DNA from: Octopus sinensis | Taxonomy: Eukaryota | Direction of reading: 5' to 3' | Assembly: GCF_006345805.1 (NCBI RefSeq) | Contig: NC_042999.1 | Location: 69,564,001 to 69,628,000, forward strand | Length of the DNA stretch: 64,000 nucleotides | Program-made: the position numbers and the translations under genes | Shown: in pieces, positions 50,440-61,250 of the stretch | Layout of the letters: the number at the start of each line of letters is the position of its first letter | How positions within the stretch are numbered: the first letter of the stretch is position 1 | The notes under the pieces: generated by a model | Database searches by the model: none | Seen by the model: only the letters and a program-made list of their open reading frames with translations | Told to the model about the DNA's origin: nothing

Positions 50440-52941
50440 AGTTGATAACATGCCATTACTTTATATGTATATGAACAAAATTATTTTATTCCACACGGGT
50501 AGAAATAAAGGAAAAATAGAAGTTGAAAATGCACTGAGAATAGTTCAAATATTTTTTATTAATGTAGTTAAAGCTTTAATCGGTTTCACAGTTTACACTG
50601 ATTTTCAAAAAGTTCAAATAGAAAGACGTGGCTTAAGTCGCAGCTGTCTTGCTTCTGACTAGTGTTTGAAACGTGTTCTATTTCTATAGGGAGTTCATGG
50701 CTTAAATTAGTATATGTTTTGAATAGGATTTGATTGGTAGAGAATAGTCACATGACTGGTCTTTAAAATTTTTGTAGGTTCCTCGCTACGTCCGTTCGTT
50801 AGTATCACGTGATAATGTTTGACGTCGAACTTTAAAGCTGACACGGTTGACTGAACATGTCCAAACAATAAATACTCTGAATGTTTTCTGTCAAGTGTTT
50901 GTAGAGAATAAACACATGATTAAGTTTTAACCTTTCGTGCTTTTCCCGCTACGTCCGTGCGTTAGTTTCACATGGAAGCATATTTTGCGCCTAAAACGAA
51001 GGCCGACACAGTAGAGTGAACATGTTTAGTTATAACCAAGGCACTCCAAATTTAATCTGTCTGGTGGGAGAGTGAACAGGTGTCGTTTGTACGTAGTACA
51101 GTGGCTAAAGTTTAGGCTGTTAGCTGTGTAGGTCCCTCATGATAAGCGGCAGAATGAGTTTGTATGGGAATAATTATTTGTGTATGTACTCTGTTAAAGT
51201 TTGTTAAGTCTTGGTTTGTACTTTTGTATGAAAGAATTTTCTTTGTTTATCCATGCTTCATCTGTGATATTCGTTGAACATAGAGTAGGAAGACCTGGAA
51301 TTTGGGGGACTCATTTTTTGCACATATGTCTATGTGTCCACTCAGTGGAATCTGTCTAATACTGGGGTCTCGTATTTGTTGTCGGTGAATGGTCAGTCTA
51401 TTTCTTGAGTAAGCTTTATTTGACCAATGGAGTCTTCATTACATCCTTGACATTCGATACCGTATATTAAATTCTTTGAAGAACCTTAAAGTGATTTTAT
51501 ATGGTAAAAATCTGTCCTGGTTTGAATTTGTATAGTGTGTCTTCAATAAGGTTGATGCAGGTCCTGCAATTGGGGTGACCACACTTTTTGACTGTTGGTG
51601 TAGGAATTGTGGAAGGTAATTTAGCACTTGTGAGGAATTTTTTGAGGGTGTTTGATTGTCTTTTACTTTTGATTATTTTGTACATTTCGAATGCTTGTTT
51701 CATTCTTGAGTCTTGTTTTAGTAGTCGAAAGTCCTGGGGAATACCTCTGTGTTTCTTGGATTGTGTGTTGTAATAAAGGGTAGAGTATAGGATGTATCTG
51801 GAGCGATTTTCGTTTTTCGTAGTTCTTCGATATTTATTGCTTTTGCACTTTCTATTTGTTGTCTATTAACATTAATGGATATTGTCTTTTAAATAGTACT
51901 TATTTTAGTTCCTGGAGTCTTTTATTGCGAGTTTCAAGGTTTGAGACAATTGTTCAGATTCTTCTTGCTAGATTAAAGGGGATATTCTTTATCATATGTT
52001 TTGGATGACATGGGGACGACAGTAAGTATTGTTTAGAATCTGTTTGTTTCTAGTGAATATCTGTTTCTATGATTTTATCTCTTTTGATTATTAATATATC
52101 CAGGAATGGTAGTTGAGTTTTACTGTATCCCGTGGTAAAGTCGATATTATTGTTTATGCTGTTGATCAGCTTTTTGAAATCTATAAGTTGTTCAAATGTG
52201 GGCGTCCATAGGATTAGGCAGTCATCTAAATAACGTTTACAGTTTTCTAGTAGATATTTGTGGAAGTTCAAGCTATATATTAATTTAGATTGTTCATATA
52301 TCTGGACCTCCATGTATACCATAACTAGATTTGTGTAAGTCGGAACAACTTTTGTCCCCATCGCAGTCCCAGATATTTGTTTGTAAATATTGCCTTTGAA
52401 GCCAAAAAAGTTGTTTCCGGGGATAAATTTTAATCTTCAGTGATGAAACTCTTTTCAATTCTGTCTGGAATTTCATGAGGGAATTTCTCAAACCAGAAAT
52501 TTATTGGCGCGGGATTGTGGTATGGAAGTTTACCACATCAAAAAATACGATAGTGGTATCATTGTTTATGGACTTTGGGAGGTGGTTTAACAGGTCCAGG
52601 TCGTTCCTTACAAGAGTCGGTGTGTGTTTTAAAATAGGTTTCAGTAATATATCTAAAAAGTTGCTGAGTCTGTGTATTTCACATTTCGGGCCTGCTACGA
52701 TTGGTCTAGATATAAGGTTGGTGGGATCAAATCCTATTCAAAACATATACTAATTTGAGCCATGAACTCCCTATAAACATGAGGCAAGATTAGTCAGAAA
52801 TAAGACAGCTGCGACATAAGCCACGTCTTTCTGTTTCAACCTTTTTGAAAATCAGTGTAAACTGTGAAACCAGTTAAAGCTTTAACTATATTAATAAAAA
52901 TATTATAACTATTCTCAGTGCTTTTCAACTTCTATTTTTCC
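50440..52941 (-). mobile_element. Penelope-like element (PLE), 5'-truncated and frameshifted: RT + GIY-YIG endonuclease
   Basis: Minus-strand pieces: SRPIVAGPKCEIHRLSNFLDILLKP...IVFFDVVNFHTTIP; MGTKVVPTYTNL...KRYLDDCLILW...LPFLDILI...IETDIH; KKCGHPNCRTC...SKNLIYGIECQGCNEDSIGQ (GIY-YIG-like). Bounded by ~220-bp inverted repeats. Confidence 0.9.
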
Positions 52942-54525
52942 TATACACACACACATATATGTGTAAGTGTGTGTGTGTGTGTATGTGTAGCTCAGCCTTG
53001 GGTTAAAAGAATCTTCGACCTATGGTTGACAGAGCATTATCCCTGCCCCTTTACGTAAAGTTAATGTTTTCTGTCGCTTCGAACACACCACAATACACAA
53101 TTGGCGAACCATTATGTAATCATAGAAATATAGTATTTTTCTCTTGTAAAAATAATTGTTGCTTCAATAAAGTTTTGAGTTTGTTCTATTATGGGACAAC
53201 ACGCAGCTAAACTTCATGGCAATCAATAAATACACATTTAACCAGCCCGACAGATGAAAGATAAATATTAATAATATAAGCTGACATTGCTGTATAACAA
53301 TTTCCACCCCATTTAACATTCATCTCGACATGTTTCTCTAAAATATGTCCCTTATATCATAAATGATCAAACTTCTTATTTTTAATGACGCTGTCGGTTA
53401 TTAGCGTTACTAAGGATAAGTCAAACACATTTACCTATAAATTAGTCATGGGCAAACAGCAGCCGGCAGGACATTCTGAATGGCACGCTTCATTTCGCGA
53501 GGAAAATAACAATTTTTTTCTTTTTAGTAGTTCGGCCTCTCTGGTGGTGAGTCACGTCTCATGCGACTTGCTTCTCGATAACGTTTGCTCATGCCTGCAA
53601 TAAGTAAATGCTCTAACACCGAAATAAAACTAGTTTGTTACTGTTCAGCTTCATATCAACCCCGAATGAGTAGAAGTGTGATGAAAGTAGTGCCGTAGAT
53701 AGAGTGTGTGACGCCTGGGGCAGCCCTTCAGTTTGGTCCCCGCCTTAACATTCACCTCTTCATTTATTTATTCAGCAGATCCAATAGTGATGCCCCGCAA
53801 CCCCCATAAAAGTGTCGCCCGGAGCGGACCGCTCCAGTCGCCCCCAAGCTATGCAACAGGATGAAGGACTTCCAGCTATGACCATACCAACTTTTATTCA
53901 GACAGTATAAGCTGGAACCATATTACCCATTATCCTTCCCTTTTTAACATGGTAAAGTATAATTTGAAGAAGATTTAGCTGGTACTTCTAGCAGGCCGAG
54001 CAACCATATAGAGACCCCTTTGTCGGGTGGTGTAAAAACTTCATATTAAACACAATAGACTAATTAAAATAATTATTTTGGACATTCTTAATTAGGTAGC
54101 GAGCTGGTAGACAAAATACTTGGCAGTATTTCTTGAGTTCAAATTCCCCTGAGGTCAAATTTGCTTTTCGTCTCATCAAAAACTGAAGTCGATGTAATCA
54201 ACTTGCCCTCTCCCCTCAAAATTGTTATCCTTGAGATCTGCAATAAGTGAGCTAGATCGCAACATTCCTCTGAACGGGACGCCGATCAGAGAAATGTCCT
54301 GATCTTGAGTAACCAATCATGTCGTGCGGTTCATGATAATTTACTTTAAAAATATTTCAAAATCATGTTCTCGTTATAAGGCAGTGAGCTGGCAGAATCG
54401 CTTGCAGCATTTCGTCCTTCTTTGAGTTCTACGTTACGCTGAGGTTGACTTTGCTTTTCATCCTTTCAGGGTCGATGAAATAAGTGCCAGTTAAGCTCTG
54501 GGGGGTCAACGTAAACAACCTACCC

Positions 54526-54584
54526 ACGGGCATATGGCGTAGTGGTTAAGAGCGCGGGCTACTAACCCCAAGATTCCGAGTCCG

Positions 54585-54625
<41 letters not shown>

Positions 54626-54843
54626 TAACAACAGCAACAACAACAACAATAATAATAATAACAACAACAACATCGAAAAATACCTTTGGAATGAGAACCC
54701 AGATTCGAAATTTCCCCAAGACACCTGATGAAGGCTGGAGGGTATATCAGCCAAAACGTTGTGCTAACAACAAGGTGAGGACAAATATCCGTCAATTGTA
54801 AATAATGTAAATAATTCCTCATCTCTTAAATATAGAACTGTAT
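54526..54843 (+). mobile_element. tRNA-headed SINE (family F) with a hammerhead-like tail, nested in a family-A SINE
   Basis: Head tggcgtagtggttaagagc...gagtccgatt, central (AAT/AAC)n, tail with ctgatga...aaacgtt. 9-bp TSD aacctaccc at 54517-54525 and 54844-54852 splits the host SINE. Confidence 0.85.
54720..54765 (+). ncRNA. Hammerhead motif copy (family F tail), G12>A so probably inactive
   Basis: gacac CTGATGA a ggctg gagggtatat cagcc AAAA cg tt gtgct. Confidence 0.45.
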
Positions 54844-55348
54844 AACCTACCCTCTCCCTGAAAATTTTAGGCCTTGCGCCTATAGTAGAAAGGATTATTA
54901 CAATATTTTATAAAACTTAAGACCAACAAGAGAAACAGCAGAACGGCGGCAGGTGAGGTTCCTAATAGTAGTTACGTCCCTTTATATACTAATTGGTAAA
55001 ATACCTACCATTAACCAGATCGATCTTATTGATTTCCTCCGCTTACTAGCAAAATGTGTAACCTTATAACAATACTAAAAATCAATACTATATGTTACAC
55101 CTGCTTTTTAAAGGTTACGTGAGTTTTCTTGCTAGTTCCAGCTGTGCATTCTCCGATTTAATATTTTTTCTTTTTTGAAAACCTTTCGTTTTTAACTTCT
55201 CTTTCTCTTCTTCATGTTTCAACTAAAGATGTGTAGAAACAGGCTGGGTTAATAATAAATCGAGGGGTAAATATTGATAAAACTGATCGATTATAGAATT
55301 GTTCTGTGTGTTTAATAAAGAAATTATGAAGCTTTCTAAGTTAACCCC

Positions 55349-55806
55349 GGTTAATATAAAGATCTTCACTCGTGAACCCCCCCCCCAAAAAAAAAAAGAA
55401 AGAAAGAAAGAAAAAACCCAGCCTGCTGGGTGTTAACAACTATAAAGAAAACGAATATGAAAAAAAAAATTGCTTTAACGACCCTGCGGTGGGTTGGGAG
55501 AGGACTTTTGGAAAATACACAAGATCTGATTTCTCCGTCATAACTTTCGGTAAAATGGATATATATTGATTTTTTTTACGGAATCCCATGTTTGTGGTTA
55601 TGGAAGATCCGATTCTGAAATTTTTTTTTCAAAAATCGCATTCTCAAAATTTCAATTACCCCCCACCCCACCCCGTCTCTATTCATTTTTCACTTTTCCA
55701 GAATTTTTTTTTTTTTTTTGCGAAATACGTAGAAAAATACGAAGATTACGATTGTGAAAAAAAATTGTAAAATTGCAATTTTTCAACAATATATACATAT
55801 ACATAT

Positions 55807-55852
<46 letters not shown>

Positions 55853-56928
55853 CCCAGGCCTTCAAGCAGGTTATCCACATGCTAGAAATAACAGCCAAAC
55901 CTCACAAAACTGATAACATAATGTAATCAATCTACTCACCTTTCTACAAAGATTTCTTTCAGTAATATGACAAAGTCATTGAAATTTTGAAAATGCGATT
56001 TTTGAAAATTTGTTTTTTCAGAATCGGATCCTCCATAACCAAAAAACCATAACCGTAAAAAAAAAACCAATGTATATCCATTTTACCGAAAGTTATGACG
56101 GAAAAATCGGATCTTGTGAATTTTCCGAAAGTCCTCTTCCCCCTCCCACCAGGGTCGTTAGCGCAAATTTTTTTTCCATATTCGTTTCCTACATAGGAGG
56201 AATTCCAACCACGTTTCGTGGTTCGTTTCCTCACAACTCCTTTATAGGATCCAGTGAATAAAGACATCATCAGGAGGAACCACATTCGGTTTTGGCCCCT
56301 ACTCCTCTACCATTTGCAGTATGGCGCCCCACCTTTTCGGAGGTGTCTTCAGCTCTGGTGTTGAGTGCATTTCTTCTTTCTCCTTTTTTCTTCCGTTCCT
56401 TGGCCTCTTCGATGCAGAGTCAATGTGTGTCAGCGGGCGACTGACCATCCTGCCAAATTGCCCTTTAAATATTCGCTAGTAGACTCCAGCAGCCAGCACC
56501 AGCTGTCACGTGGCACTCTCTAAACACCCATCAGGCTTAAGTTTACTGAAAGGTGGGTAAATGTCGCAAGAATGGCCAGTATAAATGGACCAATTCTAAT
56601 GATACACCTGTAGTATAAAAAAGTATTATAAAAGGAGAAAGGGGCTCTCTACCCCACTTTTGACCAGGCTCCCGTGGCTTTTATGGGTTTTTCCACGAGT
56701 AACCTTTCGAAGCGCCTCCCCCTATTGGGAATTTCAATTGTTATATTTTCGTTATCTCTGGAATTTTTACACGGTATTTTTGCAAACGGACAAAACCCTT
56801 TGTAACTTTCGTCCTGTGTTTTGTCCCTTTATGTTTTAATTAATTTTTGTCAGCCCTTGTGGCCAATAAACGAATAAATTATTATTTGTTTTTTTTTTTG
56901 TTCACGGATGAAGATCTTTATATTAACC
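55349..56928. mobile_element. TIR-bounded non-autonomous element with a 22-bp flanking direct repeat
   Basis: TIRs ggttaatataaagatcttcactcgtgaac (55349-55377) and gttcacggatgaagatctttatattaacc (56900-56928), 27/29 matching. tgaagctttctaagttaacccc is duplicated exactly at 55327-55348 and 56929-56950. Confidence 0.8.
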
Positions 56929-57135
56929 TGAAGCTTTCTAAGTTAACCCCAACATTGACAGCATGACTTCAGAGATAGTTTAAATTCTTTTTGCGTCTTC
57001 GTAATCGTTCCATTTATATTTATTTTCATACTCAACATTTATCAGAACCAAACTACTTTCATTTCGGTCTTAGACACTCGGGTATTAGCTGTTATTGCAT
57101 CAGTGTTTACTGCAACCATCTTTATCATCCTGACT

Positions 57136-57521
57136 GTGGAGGCGCAATGGCCCAGTGGTTAGGGCAGCGGACTCGCGGTCATAGGATCGCGGTTTCGATT
57201 CCCAGACCGGGCGTTGTGAGTGTTTATTGAGCGAAAATACCTAAAGCTCCACGAGGCTCCGGCAGGGGATGGTGGTGATCCCTGCTGTACTCTTTCACCA
57301 CAACTTTCTCTCACTCTTACTTCCTGTTTCTGTTGTACCTGTATTTCAAAGGGCCGGCCTTGTCACTCTCTGTGTCACGCTGAATATCCCCGAGAACTAC
57401 GTTAAGGGTACACGTGTCTGTGGAGTGCTCAGCCACTTACACGTTAATTTCACGAGCAGGCTGTTCCGTTGATTCGGATCAACCGGAACTCTCATCGTCG
57501 TAACCGACGGAGTGCTTCCAC
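57136..57521 (+). mobile_element. Young, full-length tRNA-derived SINE (family D)
   Basis: A box tggcccagtgg, B box ggtttcgattccc, CpGs intact. 10-bp TSD catcctgact at 57126-57135 and 57522-57531. Confidence 0.88.
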
Positions 57522-57702
57522 CATCCTGACTATTATTTTTTTTAACGATTATCATTTTCACCGAATCCCACATTAAATATCACTGTAAATATGATTGCAG
57601 AACCCGTCAAGTGGCAGACAAAATATAAATTGCGTACCTGGTTGTATACTTTTGAGTTCTGAGTTTAAATTCCGCTGGGTACAACTTTAAACTTTTTTTT
57701 TT

Positions 57703-58044
57703 ACCTCCGTCTTCACTGATGCGGAGGTATTGTTTTCAGTTGTGTTTGTTTGTTTGTTGGTTGGTTTGTCCACGGGTAAGATATCTCAAGAACAGCTGGA
57801 TGGATTCGGATGAAACTTTCAGGAATGTTTGGCCTCGTGACTGGCACAAACTGATTAGATTTTAGGATCGATTCAGTACCGGACAAGGATTCTGGATTAT
57901 TTTTCCTATTTTTTTAACTTAATTTTTGTGAGCGGGCGGGTTCATTTTTAGTATTCTCGTTTGTGAGAGCAGTCGAGTTTATTTCAGATATTCTCATTTT
58001 AAAAATCATCTCCGGCTAATCGTTGAGAGGACATTGGTGTTGCC
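57703..58044 (+). mobile_element. Helentron/HINE-like element, third copy, 3' end replaced by a GC-rich insert
   Basis: tacctccgtc...gcggaggtattgttttcag...; similarity stops at ...ggtgttgcc (58044). Confidence 0.55.
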
Positions 58045-58807
58045 GTTGTTTGAGTTGGTCGTTTGTGGCCGCGGTTTGGTTGGGGAGGGTTGTCTCTTAG
58101 AGACTGTCTGTTGAATATATTGTTTTTTGTAATTGTTGAAGGTTGTTGGGGCGACTTGCGCGTGGTTGTTTTTGTTGTTGTTGTTGTTGTTTTTTGCTGC
58201 TTTTCTCCCTGTTGTAGGGGTGAGGGAGTTGGCTTTGTTGTGGAGAGCTGTGCGGGTCCGCTGCAGTGGGGGTAGCTGCGCCGTTGGGGATGAGGCGGTT
58301 AAGGATTAATATGGAGGACATGGTGGGAAGCGAGTGGTTCGTGCGGGGAACTGGGGCGCAATTGGGCTGGTCCCTCCTGAGGTGAGCGATGGAGCGTTGG
58401 TGTGCCGCGTGCAGGCGATCGCCACCAGCAGGATGGAGGAGTTGTCAGGGGGTGATGTTGGGGAGTGTCTGGGAGCCGTGGTAGAGGTGGGGGTGGATGA
58501 CTGCATTTGTTGGCGGAGTGGGGGTGCCGCTGGGTGGAGGTGGGGACGGCCTCGCGTTCCACCGCTGTTCTTCAGTCAGGTGGGGTGGCACTGCTGTCCA
58601 TGTGTGGAGACGGGTGTGGTGTTCGGGTCCAAGGTGCCGCCTGAAGTAGAGGCGGAGTGGTTGGTGGCAGCTGTTCTGGCTGCCGCTGGGGACGGTCCAG
58701 GATTGGGGCCGGTGATGGGTGGGGGCGTGTTGGGCTGGTGGGGGTGCGGTGTCGGGATGTGGCTTTTTGTCGCTTTTGAGGGCATTAGGGAAGGTCCCTG
58801 CTGATCA

Positions 58808-59014
58808 AATTCTTTCCACAAGGGCAGTTTGGGGGAGGTTGAAATGAGTCGATTACATCAACCCCGGTGTTCAACTGGTACTTATTTAATCGACTCCTAA
58901 ATGATGAGAGGCAAAGTCGACCTCAGCAGAATTTGAACTCAGAATGTAGCAGCAGATGAGATACTGCTAAGCATTTCATCGAGAGTGCCAATGACTCTGA
59001 CGACTCATTACCTT
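58808..59014 (-). mobile_element. SINE family A copy
   Basis: Reverse complement of the family A consensus; its head abuts the (TAA)n that precedes the RLE LINE. Confidence 0.8.
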
Positions 59015-59055
59015 AATAATAATAATAATAATAATATAATAATATAATAATAAGT

Positions 59056-59935
59056 AAATAATACTCATCAATGGCTAATGACTTCTGGTTTAAAATCAGA
59101 AACAGAAGGGTTTGTCATAGCAGCCCAAGATCAATGCCTACCTACAAGGAACTACCAGGCCAACATATTAAAGAACAGCTGCTCCCCAATGTCATGTATG
59201 TCAACAACAAAATGAGATCATTGATCATGTTGTCTCCATGTGCAGTTTTCTTGTGCCTACAGAGTATTTCAACAGGCATGATAGAGTTGCACAATATATT
59301 CACTGGGTAATTTGCAAAAACCTGGACTTGCCCCATGATAAAAACTGGTGGGAACACAAACCACCCCCAGTGCTTGAAAATGATCACATCTCACTCCTCT
59401 GGAACTTCACCATTCAAACTGACAGAAAGATAGATGCAAATAGGCCAGACATCATATTGAAAGACTTCAGACAAAAATCATGCCTCCTCATTGATATGAC
59501 TGTTCCAATTGACATAAATGTATCTATTAAGAGCTACCAAAAACTGAGCAAGTATAAAGATCTTGAAATAGAAATGTGGAACCTCAAGACTAAAACAATA
59601 CCTGTTGTCATAGGTGCTCTAGGAATGATAGCAAAAGGGGCTGATTGCTACCTAGCTCAGATACCAGGAAACTCCAAAATGGCAGAAATTCAAAAGATAG
59701 GGCTCATGGGAACTGCTCATAACCTACATAAAATACTGTCTATGTAATCTCAAATTTTAAAACAAACTCATAATTTTCTTATGGTTTCTTAAACATTCTC
59801 TAGAGCAACACTATGTACAAAACCAAATATATGGCACCCTAGGCATAACACCAACATGAACTTCTAACTTGTCTCTTGAGGTGTCTGGGTGAGACTTGGA
59901 GCCAACTTGTACAAATGCAAAGCAAAAGTAAAACA
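59056..59935 (+). mobile_element. 5'-truncated R4/Dong-like RLE non-LTR retrotransposon
   Basis: LKSETEGFVIAAQDQCLPTRNY; after a frameshift RHDRVAQYIHWVICK (end of zinc knuckle), LLWNFTIQTDRKIDANRPDII...LIDMTVP...KLSKYKDL...TIPVVIGALG (PD..D/ExK restriction-like endonuclease). Stop at 59747, then a 3' UTR. (TAA)n on both sides. Confidence 0.9.
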
Positions 59936-59961
59936 TAAAATAATAATAATAATTTTAATAA

Positions 59962-60039
<78 letters not shown>

Positions 60040-60131
60040 GAAGAAGAAGAAGAAGAAGAAGAAGATGAAGAAGAAGAAGAAGAAGAAGAAGAAGAAGAAG
60101 AAGAAGAAGAAGAAGAAGAAGAAGAAGAAGA
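59936..60131 (+). repeat. Compound (TAA)n-(TGATAA)n-(GAA)n microsatellite
   Basis: Direct reading. Confidence 0.95.
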
Positions 60132-60368
60132 ATTTCTAGGATAAAAAAATCTAAGCACTTCATTTAGAAAGCAAAATATAGGCAGTGATTGACTTTAGAA
60201 TGTGAGTGGGGATGATTTTTAAAGGTACTTGGCCTTTTGTTGTTGACCTGAGTGAAGTAAAAAAAGGTCATAAGTAGACAGGTGCAACACCTGGTGACAG
60301 TAGAACCTTTATCTTTTGCATCACCCCTGCTGTTGCAGAATGATATCGATCATTGCCAGGGTAGACAT

Positions 60369-60607
60369 TACATACATACATACATACATACGTACATACA
60401 AACATAACTACATACATACATACATACATACATACATACATACATACATACATACATACATACATGTATGTGCGTGTATATATGCGTGAGTGTGTGTGTT
60501 TGTGTGTGTGTATAATATATATCATCATCGTTATCATCGTTGTTATTGTTGTCGTCGTCGTCGTCGTCATTGTCATCGTCGTCATTGTCATCGTCATCAT
60601 CATCATT
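60369..60607 (+). repeat. (TACA)n, (GT)n and (TCG/TCA)n microsatellite cluster
   Basis: Direct reading. Confidence 0.9.
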
Positions 60608-61059
60608 GTTTAATATAAGTTTCAGATGTTGGTGTGGACTGGGACAGTTTGAAAGGATCCAGCGAGCCACAGGACTGTGCCAAGTTTCAACGTCAACTTT
60701 GGCATGGTTTCAACAGCTGGGATGCCCCCCACTAACATCAACCACTTTACAGAGTGCACTGGGTGCCCTTTCCAAGCCACTGGCACTAGTGAGGTTGCCT
60801 TGTAACTTACAGGACAAAAAGAACAGGGGAGAAGGAGAAATCTCCGATGACTATGTGTGGGGAAGCGAGTACTAGAGAAGGGGAAGTAACTCTGTACCAC
60901 ATGTTGAGAGAGGCTTAAGTACAATAAAGGGTGTCTTGCTATAGAGAAAATACATGACCACCACACATATAGGGGTGGGTGAGAGTAGCGGGGAAAAAGA
61001 CAAAATGGTAGTTATAAAATATGTGTTTGCATGTGTGTGTGTTGTGTGTGTGTGGAAGC

Positions 61060-61250
61060 ATGTGGCTAAGTGGTTAGGGGTGTTGGACTCGTGATCATAA
61101 GATTGTGGTTTCGATTCCTGGACTGGGTGACATATTGTGTTCTTGAGCAAAACACTTCATTTCATGTTGCTCCAGTCCACTCAGCTGGAAAAAATGAGTA
61201 ATCCTGTGACGGACCAGTGTTCCATCCAGGTGGGGATTATATACGCCCTT
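61060..61250 (+). mobile_element. SINE family E (tRNA head, CORE-like middle)
   Basis: tggctaagtggttagggtgttggactcgtgatc..ggtttcgattcctgg..gttcttgagcaaaacacttcatttc. Reverse copies at ~20625-20830, 46955-47140 and 49990-50100. Confidence 0.75.

Noticed and set aside
57136-57215. Possible tRNA gene
   Set aside because: The tRNA-like head continues into a SINE body with a TSD and has no proper acceptor stem. The same applies to the heads at 54526 and 61060.
58334-58804. 156-aa Gly/Val-rich plus-strand ORF
   Set aside because: Expected by-product of a GC-rich, stop-poor segment; no domain, splice context or start context.
59864-60670. Poly-Leu/Ile/Ser/Asp ORFs
   Set aside because: Translations of trinucleotide and tetranucleotide microsatellites.
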